Positions 1-13,279 of a stretch of 54,669 nt of DNA are shown here, piece after piece. Within the stretch, counting starts at the first letter, position 1. Each line of letters starts with the position of its first letter. The DNA lies in the NCBI GenBank assembly GCA_000934665.2, contig JYFJ02002568.1, positions 1 through 54,669 of the forward strand. The letters run 5' to 3'. The notes below the pieces were generated by a model. The model was not told the origin of the DNA and made no database searches. It worked only from the letters and a program-made list of their open reading frames with translations. The DNA is from Catajapyx aquilonaris (taxonomy: Eukaryota). The position numbers were made by a program, and so were the translations under genes.

Positions 1-970
1 GATAAACGTTATAACCATATAACTTATATTCTAATTAGGCATATGGAAGAGATGTTGAGGTCCTGCAGGTGTGTAGTTAAACATGATTCATTTTCTGACA
101 TGGACATGCAGGTTATTTTCATGCTAGGTGAACTTTTACTGGCGTTGGGCAAGTCCAGTTGTGCCCTGATTATATATTGGGAAGAGATTTAAATAACCGC
201 TAAAAAGACACCGCTAAAATAATAATAATCATCAGATTAGTTACAAGAAAAATTCCATTGAAGGGAAGACTTGACTGAAGGACTAATGCACAGTAGCCTA
301 CGTGCATTTCCATCGTGAAATTAAGCCCTGAGTAAAACATAACCGTCATGTCACAATGCCCTTGTCATTGCTAGTTAACTTGCAAAGTAACCATTTACTC
401 ACAGGTGCAATCAAGTGCCTAAGTATATGATTCGCAGTGAATAGCCCTCAGAAAACTGAACATCCCAATTACGTACTGCCCTTATTTGATTAATTTCAAT
501 TTTAAGCGCCTGTCGATAACTAGGATTCCCTTCATTTTAATGCACAAGTTATCATTCGGTACCACAGCAATAATTCCCATTGCATATCTGGAAACCTTCA
601 CTTTATGTCATTGGACTGGGTCTCACAATATTAATACATACACTATTTTGCACTGAAATTAAACCTAGCACTACCTCAAGTCAAATGTCTCTGCAGCCCA
701 CTATAGACAAGCCTCACTACGCCTCACATCAGTTTCCTGATTGTCCAGGGCGAGTTTTCAGCAGTGATTCCTAATTGATGAAGCCACAAACACTAATCAG
801 ATTGCATGCATCTGTTTGGCAATTAACCTGACATCTGTCACACGACTGCTACTACTAGTACGTTGCGTTCACATTTCGATCCTTCAATTCAAACCGTGCG
901 TGTAGGATCCCATTTCCCATCAAGACACGAGGCACCAATAAATGATGAAAGCAAGAGAATTGGGACTCAC

Positions 971-1160
971 CAAGTGCGGCATCCTGTGCGTTGGCATCTG
1001 AAGTCATTCGATGAACCATAACTGCATGGGCTCGGGGCTGGGGATGAAATGAGATGACCATGTCTGTGTTGCTGGAGTGTCTCAGTCTGTCTCACAGCGA
1101 AATGAGTTGTCCATCGCAGCAGCCACGTCTCCAGAGAAACGCACATGTTTGAGGCTGCTT
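971..1160 (-). other. Candidate exon of a minus-strand transcript continuing left of the window (5' exon of an off-window gene, or lncRNA)
   Basis: On the minus strand it is bounded by acceptor tttgcag| (1161-1163) and donor |gtgagt (970). An ATG at 1061 gives MVISFHPQ...DAAL and reaches the donor in phase 1. No homology recognised. Confidence 0.3.
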
Positions 1161-1765
1161 CTGCAAATGGCGGATTGTATGAGATCAAAATGTCAGGCAA
1201 CAAAATAATCACTAACAACCCATGGAATGGGCTTAGGCAGTTAAAAGTACAATTTTGTATCAACTGAAGGGGATATTCCAACCCTCCCATATTTTAGTCA
1301 GGAAAAATGCAAATTATATGCTATTTACAGCACTCGAGCAAAGGTAGGCTGCACCTTCATGTAATATTGCTTATCAAATTGGTCTTCAAATAGGCCTATA
1401 CAACAATTTTGAATTTGGTTTCATTGCAAAATAGTCGCCATCTTTTTGAACTATATATTACGGTAAGCTCATTACATGTGAAAATGAGCCATGTTCACTT
1501 GAGAAAAAGTAATGACCTTGAAGGCTACATGGAACCAGTATATTTTACCCTTAAAAATGGAGTCAAGGCATTTGACCAGACCTACCAATGGTTTAATTTT
1601 TATAATTTTACAGGTCAATCAAATCAGGATCATTTGACACTTTACACATCACTGCATGTCCTCCAGTTTGCCAATGAATGGTGCAAGTGACATTTCACTC
1701 AAAATTCTAGCGTATTGTCATTGTTCAGATTATTAAATTGTTAAAATGATTTATCTTTCAAATGG

Positions 1766-2287
1766 TGCAGAAAGGATGTGTTCCAGGATCAATTTTGCAA
1801 TGTGTGACATGATAATTATTAATACAGCATGAAGTGAAACAGTTTTTAAGTATGTCGTTTGAGTAGTGAAAACCTGGGCTCGACAGTTGAGAATTTGCCA
1901 CTTCTACATTTGAAATGGCCACAGCAGGCACTAGGAACCTTCCAAAATAATTCTCAAATTTTTTCGACAGGTAGACGATGGCCAATTTTTGGAGGTACAT
2001 ATTGTTTACTAACAATAATTTCATTACCCCAGAATTGATTTTATGAATGATGTTCGTGATGAATATGTAGACCAAACTCAAAAAACTGGCCACGTCTACC
2101 AGTCTGAAAAATTGAGAATTCTGGACGGTTCCTAGTGCATGCTGTGGCCATGTCAAATGCAAAAATTGCAAATTCTCAAATTTAGAGCCCAGGTTTTCAC
2201 TACGCAGAGGACATTTAAAAATAGTTCCATATCACATGGCACATCAGTCACACGGCGGCAAAATCAATCCCGGAAAACTCTTTTACA
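1766..2287. mobile_element. Foldback / long-TIR non-autonomous element
   Basis: 1863-1991 (gtagtgaaaacctgggctc...gcactaggaacc...gtagacgatggcca) is the imperfect reverse complement of 2079-2203. Weaker similarity extends to about 1766 and 2287. Confidence 0.7.
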
Positions 2288-2293
2288 ATGCCC

Positions 2294-2442
2294 AATTATT
2301 TCAGTCAAATAATTCGGCAACTGAAACGTAACGAGTTCAATTCTAGTGGAACCTCATGACTACCTCGAGTGGGGTACAATGGGCCAGCTCGGCTGAACAC
2401 GCCATTTGCCAGTTTCAGTTAATTATTATGACTCGATAAATT
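2294..2442. repeat. Short degenerate inverted repeat (possible MITE remnant)
   Basis: aattatttcagtcaaataatt..aactgaaac versus the reverse complement of gtttcagttaattattatgactcgataaatt. Confidence 0.35.
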
Positions 2443-4873
2443 TGGCAAATTCTACCATTAAAATTTTCCACACATTCCAATAGCCTCCTGGAACCATTTT
2501 AAAGGTGAACAATTCGTAAATTCGCATATTTCAAACCCTGATTTTTACCCTGGCAACAAATAGGAATTTCAACATTTTGCAAAACACGGGAATTGGGGAA
2601 TTGTCAGTAAAATGTATCATGGAAGAGGTCAGAGGGTTGCGTTTGTGAGATATGCATCTCGTCAGGTGCTCCCCAGAGTTGTAATGGTGGTCGTCACTCA
2701 ATTGCTTCATGTTGACACCGCAGCCCGATGACCCTTTTGACAGTCAGCGTCTATGGAGACACGTCTGCAGTTCTCGATCCCAATGGTGCTAGGCCTTCAT
2801 TCAGTGTTGTCTCTCACCTGGAAACAATACTCAATATAATAGATGCTGCAGTATTTCACTAGTGAACCTGCGTAACTGGTTCAATGGCATAGTATGTAGC
2901 CCGCACTTGCAAAATGCATTCAGTACTATCCCCTAGTCATATACTATTAGTGCCTAATTGCACCAACCGAATTACCGAATTTAAATTGGTATGCAATCGG
3001 GCATAGGTATGCTTACCATATATTGCAGGTCCGTTATCAGCAGCAAGCCGTCGAACATGTTCGGTGGAAGTCCAGCCAGAGAAAGAACGGTTGGAGGTGG
3101 TGGCTCCTCCTCTCCCCCACCCCCCTAGGGCCCTAGTGGTTTGTCTCAGAAACGACTTATCTGCAGCCAAATGCCTCGATGCAGCTCTGGAGTCTACAAA
3201 CCCTTCAAGGCCTCTTAGAGTGCAGTGCAATTCTCTCTTTTTTGCGAGCTGTTTCATAATGCACCCAGTCAAGTGCTTCGATCTACTCGTATTAGATCCG
3301 GCCTAATTAATTTTTATTTAGTGTTTTCTTGCGCATTAAAGGGATCATTTTATTACGACTTTTCCCTAAAAGCTTCTTATTTTGTAATCAGTTACTTTTA
3401 ACGATTATAATAAGGAGAGGGACTGGCCGTAACATTATTTTTAATAACGCTAGAAAAAATTATGTCAGGATTTTATCGTGTAAATCAGAAAATATTGAGC
3501 TCACATTGGTATGAGTGAAAACGTCGTTGGCTCTTGCCCGTCAAGTTCACGTGATACATGTCACCTTCAAGTTCATGTATACGGCTGGAAATGTTTTATT
3601 ACTACCACATGAAAAGTAGCCTATTACTGCCATGCGCATAATGAAAATTTTGCGTGTTGTAAGATTGTGTCTAATTATTACAGTGAATCATTGACATCTC
3701 ACTGGAGACTTCCATGCGACTATGTAGCACGTTCCAGGAGTTTGTTCTAACATGTAGTAATTATTATCAATAAAACGAAATGTGAAAGTTGATCCAGTCA
3801 TCTGAGGCTGTAATGGCAAAATGAGTTGCAAGTGTTTTCATTACTGCAGGTTGATATTAAATTAATGGGATTGCGTGGTCTTTTATTCCGTTGATAAGCC
3901 AATGTCGTATGGCGATAAAATAAGGCCGACATGAAAAGGTGCGAACATGCCCCCCTCTGCACGCCAGCTAATTTGCAAGATGAAGCCGCATGCAATTTTA
4001 TTGATAGCACTTCTCTTTTCATGCATTATTTAAAAAGTCTCGTTTTAGTGTCGTAGACAAAAGAATCTGCTCGCCTTTTAAACTCATCTCATTTCCTCCC
4101 TGCCGTGAGTCGAAGCGCAGCCAAAGTTGTGTATTATTCACACCAATTTTCAGCCCAGCACTGCGAAATACGGTCTTGCATTTTTCAATGAAACGAGCAT
4201 TTTTGTTCCTGCCTTTCAAGAAGAAGTGCAGGACGAAATGAATTAAAGTTCAACAATGACGAAAGAAAATGTCAAGACGTGAGGACTGCAAGATGATTGG
4301 TGAAGTGTAAAATCGATTGATCAAAGTGATGAATGCGACCTTCGATTTTTTTTCTTGTCCAATATGGCAATCAGAAATGTTACGTGGATAGAGGGACACC
4401 ATAAAGCGGACAGGACGACAGATTGGTTCGGTATTAAAGACGACAGGTGCAGTAGTTGTTCTACAGTCTTTAATAATGTGTCATGTACAACGTTGTGGAT
4501 ATCATTCTTTAAAATGTCGATATACCAGCATCGACATACTAGTGTAGCTATAATACATTTGCATTGGGAAGGCATTTTTTTTCTTATCCTACTATAATAT
4601 TACAGTAGTTCTGAGGAAGAATATTATTATTAATATTATTTTATTAATATATCTCATCAGCACATCAGACTGAGGAAGGAACAATCCCCCCCATTAGCTA
4701 TAATGCGAGGGATATATTGAATACTGCAGCTGCAACTTTGACACTCATACTGGAAAGACAGCCAAAGTACTTGAAGGTTCAAGCACCGCAATTGCATTTC
4801 CTACCATAAAACTACTCGTCTATGAAGCACCAGTGCTTGATATTATTATTTTTCTTCTTTGGTAAAAATATCA

Positions 4874-4897
4874 TCTCTCTCTCTCTCTCTCTCTCTA
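4874..4897. repeat. (CT)n microsatellite downstream of the NIM1K stop
   Basis: Direct reading of the sequence. Confidence 0.9.
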
Positions 4898-5209
4898 TAC
4901 ATCACAACACGAAGGACATACAAATAATGCGTGCTCCACAGGGCGGGGTCACATGCTTTGGCACAACATTGAAATGAGTAGACACCAGGTTCAAAATGAT
5001 GGGATAGGTTAAAAATATGACTGGCGCACATGCATGGACAACGAGGAATTCAATGAGGTTATAAATCGCTGAACTGTTGAGATTATTTCTCTCATCACTT
5101 ACAAAAAACGGGATTTACAAATTGGAATATGTAACAGCCCCCAGGTACGGATTCAGACTGCCAGACAAGCCTTATTCCCCTGCAACATTCATTTCATCAG
5201 ACTGAGAGT

Positions 5210-8200
5210 TTAGAGCAGCACACACGTCTTAGACTTGAGCATGCTCTTGGCTGAGGCTCCAGCCCTGCGAGTCCTTCTCCTGAAGCTGGACCTGTTCCTG
5301 GCTAGACTAGCCGCGTGTGCTGCAGCCGATGCTTCAGCAGCCTCCTTAGCCTCTGCCTCCTCAAAGTCACGTTCAAACGAGCCACGTCGTCTCAACCGGT
5401 GCGTTACGATCCGGAACGTACCGACCACTGCACTGCGTGCCCCTCGAGGTAGGTGATCCCTAAGCATCGGTCCGCTGATGCCTAGGTCGCCCAGTACGGA
5501 CCGAACCTGCTGGGTGACCTGCTCCGGCTCTGATGGTTCCAGCACCACGTCCTCCAAGTCCGGATCTTCACGCAGGTACGGCTCCAGGACAACCTCTTCT
5601 CCAGCATGGGGGAACCGCTGAGCACTCAGCCACTGGACTAACATCAACTAGAAAGTGCAGGGTGTCAAAGAAATGCTTCGGACATATTGGGTGCAACTTG
5701 TACCTGCGCAGTTTTTGGTCTGTCTGGCGGCGAGGACCTGAGCAATGATCTGATGAGGTCAGCGCATGGCGGTGTGACGATGGGTGGTACGACGAATGAC
5801 CCTTCCAGTATCTGCTGCTTGAGCGCGGCCACCCTCTGGGCCTTGAAGGGCATCCCTCCGGTGACCATGAAGTACAGGAGGACCCCGAGAGCCCACATGT
5901 CCACAGGTGCACCGCAGTACGACTCGTCCCTGAACAGCTCTGGAGCTGCGTACGGAGGCGACCCGCAGAATGTGGACAGCAACTGGTCCGGGTACTCCAC
6001 CGAAGTGCTGAACCCAAAGTCGCCCACCTTCACCCACGTCGGACCAGCGAAGAACACGTTCTCAGCTTTTATGTCCCTGTGGATTATGTTCTTCGTGTGC
6101 TGCAAACATCAAGCAAAAGTGTTTTTTAAAAAATATCTGAAATCTTCCTCCAATCCGGATCAGCTGTTGGATCGTGTCCCACCCACGTGACCATGCAGAC
6201 CTGTCAAGATAGCAAATAATGGACCGCACTTCTCACTCTCAGAATTGCTGTCACGTACTTTGTTTTACGGCCCGTTAAAAAAAAAATCTTAACGTGCCAA
6301 CCGGACGGAAAAAGGTCGAAGAGCATCAACCGCGTTATACGCTCGAGTTGGATGAACTCGACTTTTTCAAGAAGTACATTCTATTGCGCAACAATTTTTC
6401 CATATATATTTCTTTGCCAAAATAATTGATACGTTTCGATTGACTCACCATGTGATGAATGGCAGCGACCACTTGGGCGAAGAGTGGTCTTGCATTGTCC
6501 TCTGTGAGCCTTCCCTCGCTGGTTATCTTGGCAAATAGCTCTCCTCCGCTGGCAAACTCCATCACCAAGTGTATCTTGGTCAAAGTTTCAACCACCTCGA
6601 ACAGTCTGTAATCAACAATGACCAATGAAATTGCCCACTCGAGGTAACTCTCGAGAGACAGTAAAATGTACGACCCGTTTTATTTGTGGGTGGGGGAAAT
6701 TAGTGGGCTCCGTTCCAACCCAAATTGCTTCCAGTTGGCTAGGTCCACCTGCCCAATTTTCCTACCTAAGATTATTTTCAGACTCCTTTCATCTCATCTA
6801 GTGCAGTTCCGCGTGTCTAGATTATGATACGCCCACCGCAGACGTTGTCGTGTAAACAAGTCTCAGAAGTTGGTGTAGCAGATCTACTACAGGTTATGCC
6901 ACATGGATTCTTTTTTTACCGTTTGTCTGTGCGAGCAGCAGTCGACAGGAAATGGAAATCGGTCCAATTTTCAAAAACAAGTCGACCCAAAATTAAACGA
7001 GTGTGGCTTGTTGCGTAGGTTAGGTTTATTGTGGGCACAGAGTACAAGGTGCTGTGGCTATAATTGGTTCGCAGTTACGTAGAACATCATGCTCCATTCC
7101 TGCGCTGCTTTGAGGCATTTTCACGTGAATTGCGACTTAAGCAAATGACGTCCTTTTTTTACGTCAAGTAATTTTTTTTTTCGAAAAAAAAAATGTCGAT
7201 TCGAATTACTGGCAAAAAAAACGTGATAATTCATCCAGAATTATGACACGCCCGAGCGAATCCTTGTCAAACGAGCGTGAAAAATTGTCGCGATGCATCA
7301 TCGCATTTGCTGAAAAATTGGCAAGAGTTTCCCCCGTGACAAATAAGAGGCTTCAATCTCTAGTGATCTGCACCAGCCTACCATGCCATTTCAGAGCTGT
7401 CTGCAACAAACGAAGCGATACTTATGGCCGCTTCTGTCAAGCCTTTCGGGCCAGAAGAAAAAGACAACCCGAAAATAAACCGTGACCGAGTTTTTCAGGC
7501 ACAAAAGAACACTTGAAGGATCGACGCCCTGGTTTGCAATTGTTTCCACGGCCCATTATCACTTTTGTGTCCACCTGTTTTACGGTGTGGTTCCTAACCG
7601 TCGCGCTCTATAACAACAGGTTAGAACCTGTAGGGTGCCAGCTAGCTCGGAACAGGGTCACAGCCTCAGGTAGAGTTCTTACTAAATGTGTATGTCGCTC
7701 CTGGGAAATCACCGTCTTTTTTTGGGTTAGGAATATTCGTTTGCCCCGAAGTCGCTCTCTGCAAATTGCGTTTGGTGCCACGGGAGATGAAAATAATTAA
7801 GGGATCAACCTTTCTCATCCCAGCTAGAGGGGGCTTGCTGATCAATATTTTAATTAGAAGGTGAAGTTAAGAAGGATCTCTCACCTGATGAGGTTAGGGT
7901 GATGTAAGCTCTCCATTGCGGCTATTTCACGTGACAGCATCCGTTGGGTCTTCTGGTCCAGTCGAGTCTTGTCCAAGATCTTGATGGCCACCTTCTCTGT
8001 AAGCCGATATGGAAAAAAAGTTAGGGTCAATCACATTGCTCTTCAAATAAAATTGAGTGGCAAAATCACTCGGAAAATGAGTGATGACCAAAACCACTCG
8101 AAAGGAGTGATATTTCTGATAAGTACATTACTAGTTATTCGAGTGAAAAATCAATTAGCAGCAACCTGATATTTGTAAAGGGTAATACACTCTCTAAAAA

Positions 8201-11200
8201 ATTAATTGAACGAACCAAAATATAGGATAGGTCCTGTCAAACATTTTTGGTTAAAATAACCGAATTTTCCTCATCCAAATATTTTTGGTTACTTCAACCC
8301 AAATGTATACAGAGACATAGTCTACAGACACAGCCTATAAAATGTTCATAAGATTAAGTTTGGGTCCAACTTCCTGCCTATAATTACAAGGTGCGTCTAT
8401 AGCAAGTGCTCATTACCACTCAGAGGCCCAATTAACGTGTTCACGGCCAATCTGCCTGTAGCAATCAGAATAATTAGATCTCCCAAGTTCACAATCAGCC
8501 AAGGGAGTATGCTCATCCTGACTCTCTCTGGAAGAACCGGATCATTCATGATTCATTGGTCACTTTTCCTTCCGGATTCCCGCAGGGAAAAGTAGAGAGA
8601 CCCTGCAGGATCCCATGAATTACAGTCCCAGGAGTCACCTCCTCTTTAATTCATGCTGTAGGAAGGAAAATTGTCGTTCGTACGTGAACCTTACAGGGTT
8701 CTGGAAGCGGAGCTGGGAAAATTTAGAGGCCTTAAATAAAATGAGGGAGAAGGCATATAAAGAGACCTTTTACTGCTCCAGCACAAGTTTCCGCTTCTAC
8801 TGCGAGATCCGCAAAAAAAAACGAGGATGCATTATTGATATAAAATACGAAATTTCTTTGCCGTGTCGTGGCAGAATAAAAATAACAAATGTTGGCATGC
8901 AACGGTGCATATTTCATCAATCCTAATAAAACGTTACGTGATCGATACCGACCTAGGGAGTAGTCGTTCACCTCGATGTATGGCCGTGGAAGTTTGCCAA
9001 AAAGAACCATCGGACATCTCGTGCGATGTGTTTATCATGGAGGCCAGTTATCAATGGCAGATTCCGCTGAAATTTGATGACCAGAACCTCTCTTTGCAAC
9101 CGCTGCCCTTAGGAGGAAATCAATCTTTCCGTGCAAACGCGGCATAAATGGAAAACGGCGATTCGTCGTGTCAGATGTCCGATAGCGCATCACCCCCCAA
9201 AAATGTACCATCTGGAGCCAGACAGATCCACAAACTCGGGTCAAAAGGATATGGGCCACAGTACATATAAGAGAACTTTGGCCCCTGCCAGAATGATGCA
9301 TATTATTCTTTCCGTTCATCAACTGACGGGATTTGCTTATGTAACACATTTGGTATAGTGGAAAGGCTCCAGGCTGTCTTCTATTTGTGAATCAAAAGAG
9401 AGAGCTGTTCGATGTGGAACTAGAATATTTATTATTAGTGTAGTACCAATACAGTCTCGTTTTATTTTTGCGATTTACAACCAGTCGAAAGGCCCCCTCC
9501 TTTTAAAAAATTTAAAAACTCCGCTACAAGTACTTCCGTTAAATATTTACGCCCCATAAAACCTGCTGTGCCCCCCCGTAATCATACTCGATGCACCGCA
9601 ATAAAATTTTGAACCCCAAATGGTCAGCCGATTGATCTTTCATCCTGTCACACACGCAACCATTAAGCCTTCTTTGAATTGCAGGTAAATCGACATGCCA
9701 GGGGTACCTCGCATCCAAGACTACTTGATGATGAAACGTCTACCCCGGTCTACCCAATTTGGCCGTCACATCCTTTTGACCTTCACCCCTAGTTGAAGAC
9801 GCTAAAGAGGACAGCTTTGCCAGGACCCTCTCAGTGTCTAACCCAATTAGTGACATCTAAGCACAGCTGCTTGCTCAGCGAATCTCATTTTTACTCTTTA
9901 TTTTGGGACACCCCAAGTTACTCAACAACCTTGCAGCAGCACGCAACGGGTCCTTTGTCACTCCATAAATTATACCGCCTTTATAAGAGCTCCCCCGGGG
10001 AAAAAAAAAGTTTGTTATCTCCTCAAAAAAATGTTTTGGGGACACAAAGAAGAAGAAAAAGCAATACTAGGAGCCCTTTGTGTTGGTGTCATCTGTAAAG
10101 CGTTGGAGTGACCGCACCAGTACGGTCCCTGCCAGGCACGGTGTGATTACAGTGCGGAGAAATATCATCACGTCCCTATATAATTTCTCCAGGAGTATGC
10201 AACACCTGGTGTCCACTTGGGACTAAGAAAAAAAGGATCCCAGGTGTTTCCAGCCAGCCTTGGCCGCAAATGTGTCCGGGTGTCCTCTCATGAATTTGCA
10301 ATCCGTTACCCAGGCAACTCCGGGCCTACTGTATACTCCGGACTGTGCAACTCTTGTGTCAATTTCACGCGCCTTAATTCGTCTACGTGCCGCACGGTAT
10401 CCGGCTCTCTGTGTGTATATTATTTTTTGAGACACCATTCGGCTATCGATCACACCAATAACTGCTCCGGGGGGTTAATAATGCAGCAGCACGTGGCAAT
10501 CAAGGACTCGCATGTGTGCTATACGATTTTTAAGATAAAAATTTGGGGAAAAGCAATTTTCTGCAGGCCACTACGTTGACACGCTAAGTTACGTAATGTG
10601 ACTGTATACACACATACCTTTGGTGAGTTGGTGAAGTCCAAGCTTAACGTGTGAGAAGTTTCCGTTGCCTAGGTCGCCTCTGAAGCGATAGAATCCGACT
10701 CTTCTTCCGAGGGTGATCTCGTGTAACCATCGAGGATCGTGGTTTAATGACCAAACCACACGGTCAAATGGGTTGAGCGGAGGTGGTTGGGCAGGTGGTG
10801 GGGTGTAGCTGGCCAGCAATGATGGTGATGGTGACACTGATGGTGTTGTCAATGTTGAGATCGGAGGGCTGCTGGACACCGACGACGGCGACGATTTGCG
10901 CTCTTTTCGTAAACCACCTAATAGTGGCCTACCAACCTTCACTGTTGGGAAATAAAATAAGAAAAAAAATTTACTACAAAAATTGGCACCAATCCGAATT
11001 GACCCTTTAAAAACTAGTTTTGGCCACAATCCCCGCAGTTTCCCGAAAGAGCTCAACACCAATTGCGCCATAATGAGGATCCATTGTGGCTAGTAATTCA
11101 ATCTGTGCCAAATTGTGCAAAAATGGACGCGACCTTTTTGTAAAAAAGCGTGTCCAAACAATGCTCAACTTGAAGTAAGGGTCCATTAGCAAGGAAAAGC

Positions 11201-12561
11201 TGGGGGGTTGGCCGCAAAATGCATTTTCAAATATTATATTTGTATGGAGGAAGTGGTTGGAAAGCAGCAGAGATTACGCGGCTGGGAATTAGGTAAGGCA
11301 GAAATATGGCTTCATATTTATAGACTAGGCGGAAGCGGGCGGAAGTTTTAGCAAAAATCTGAGAAAAAAGTAAGGTTGGAATTTCCGGGAATTTACTCTT
11401 ATTGATGACATTACAGCCAAATTGTTATGTACCACTGGCAGTACCCATTATTTTTGCAAGAATGCGCAGTTTGTTTTTTACGTTACGAGCAGGGATTGTC
11501 ACCAAAATGCGCAGGATTCAGCTACATTTATTTCCAAAGAAGGCCAGCAGGGTTAAAGCGAAATTACACCCGAGCAATTTATTGCGCGCATTTGCACTGT
11601 AAGCGGAGAGTATTACACTTCATCACTTGTAAGCGGCGAAGAGATCAATAAACATAAATATCTAAGATAAATACTACAGTACATCCACTTGAAGCGACTT
11701 GTGGAATCTCTAGTACTCAGCACCAGAACGAATGTGAAGCTGTCCCATGCTCAGGATAAACTGTTGCTTCGGACCCTATCGATTTAAATGTACTGTACGA
11801 AGTACAGCGGAGCATCTGCCAATAAATCTCCGTCCGGATTACAGCATCGCATTATTAGTAGCGGCTGGCTTCTAATCTACTCTTATCAAATTTGGAAGGA
11901 TTTACAGGCAATAATACTCACAGGCTTCACAGTTGACATTGTCAGAAACATTATCTGGTTGAAACAATTATGAAATATGATAGGTATGGAAACAATGATG
12001 CGTATACCGTACATTTTGTCTGTTAATCACTCCCTTGTGGCCAATAATCATGCGTAGGCCTATTCATAATCAACTCCCAGCAGAATATTGTTAATAAAAT
12101 AATGCATCAGTACCGCACATATTCGGTAATTTTTTTACTGCTATACTGTGCAATACCCGACCGTGCACTGGCTGTAACCTTGAACCTCAAGCAAAAAATA
12201 GTATAACTCTGAGAGACAAAACCGCAACCACGATCCTCCGCAGCATGTACCGTTTTTAGTAAATTACTCGCGTATATGCTGTTATTTTCACGAGTTTTAA
12301 TTTAGTTCATATGTTGGGTTAGCTTGCGTCTCCCTTCATCGCTGACTAACCCCTCATAGGGAAATGTCGCGATGTTGATGATGATGATGATGATGATGAC
12401 TCGCGTACCTCTGACACATACATGCTATGTACATTGTACTCACCCGCTCCGTTTGTGATGACATGATTATTTTGTAAGGTGGGGGGCATCTTTGTTCCGT
12501 TGGTCAGCTGTGGAGCCGCAGTCAGGCTGGTCAGCACCTGCATGGCCGCTGGAACCTTCAT
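5210..12561 (-). CDS. NIM1K: Serine/threonine kinase NIM1 (AMPK-related kinase), about 514 aa, 6 coding exons
   Basis: Exons 12444-12561, 10618-10941, 7885-7996, 6449-6605, 5704-6099 and 5210-5647, all GT-AG with matching phases (1,1,2,0,0). Motifs: EITLGRRVGFYRFRGDLGNGNFSHVK (NIM1-typical), VAIK, HRDIKAEN, DFGFS, TFCGSPPYAAPELF, C-terminal CVLL. The first exon (12444-12561) rests on splice and phase fit only. Confidence 0.9.
8186..8310. repeat. Degenerate MITE-like remnant in a NIM1K intron
   Basis: Starts tacactctctaaaaa and has two copies of atttttggtt...aacc. The start resembles the end of the 28914 hairpin. Confidence 0.25.
11677..11795. mobile_element. Possible small Tc1/mariner-pogo-type MITE
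   Basis: TA|CAGTACAT ... ATGTACTG|TA: short TIRs flanked by TA. Confidence 0.3.
12376..12399. repeat. (GAT)n microsatellite
   Basis: Direct reading. Confidence 0.9.
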
Positions 12562-12733
12562 GGCATCTCAGGTCCTCTCAGGGCATCTCCCTCAGAGACT
12601 CACCTCCGACTGATGGAAAAAGGAAACAAGGTTGAAAACCAGAGCAAAGCAAAAGGTCGGTTCTATCCCGAAGGACCGCATCACTATGGAGACCCCACAG
12701 TTCGATCTTGGCCTAAATCACGCCTAAGTTTTT

Positions 12734-12745
12734 TCTCTCTCTTCG

Positions 12746-12778
<33 letters not shown>
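12734..12778. repeat. Compound (CT)n(GT)n microsatellite upstream of the NIM1K start exon
   Basis: Direct reading. Confidence 0.85.
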
Positions 12779-12985
12779 TTGCTTTTCTCCCATGCTCCGA
12801 TAAGTCACGTTCCGTCTCCGTCACGCCCCCGCCCAGTTTGCGCTCCGCCCCTGCCGAAAATTACCCCCTGTTGTCTCTACCCAGTTGCACGAACACAAAT
12901 TAAAAATAAAATCGCCAATTAAGTACTGAGACGAATTATCACACATTTCCTCCCAATTTTAAATGTAAAACTATAGCCATGTTTA

Positions 12986-13259
12986 CCTGCTGCTATAGTA
13001 GGGGCAAGCTAATGGGTTTTGGGAGGTGGCTTGTGTCCTTGGCAACCATAATTATAGCCCCGCCCCCTACCGGTCGACCAATCAGGATTCGATTTCAAAG
13101 GAGATGGGCGTTATGTTCCAAAAACCTCAAGAAGGAGATGAGTTTGTTTACACTAATGCAATTGGTAACCCAGCAGAGGGAGGGGCTAATTATGGTTCCC
13201 AAGGACACAAGCCACCTCCCTAAACCCATAAGTTAGCTTACCCCTACTATAGTCAGCAA
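12986..13259. mobile_element. MITE with long (about 70-80 bp) terminal inverted repeats
   Basis: ctatagtaggggcaagctaa-tgggttttgggaggtggcttgtgtccttggcaaccataatta (from 12993) matches the reverse complement of 13187-13252. There is no coding capacity. Confidence 0.75.
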
Positions 13260-13279
13260 GCAATTGAATGGTTTCTCCC

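Noticed and set aside
775..831. C/D box snoRNA-like TGATGA...CTGA
   Set aside because: Too short, no convincing terminal stem or guide, and no host intron on that strand.
5648..5703. Apparent frameshift between NIM1K ORFs 5665-6105 and 5210-5647
   Set aside because: Explained by a canonical 56-nt GT-AG intron in phase 0.
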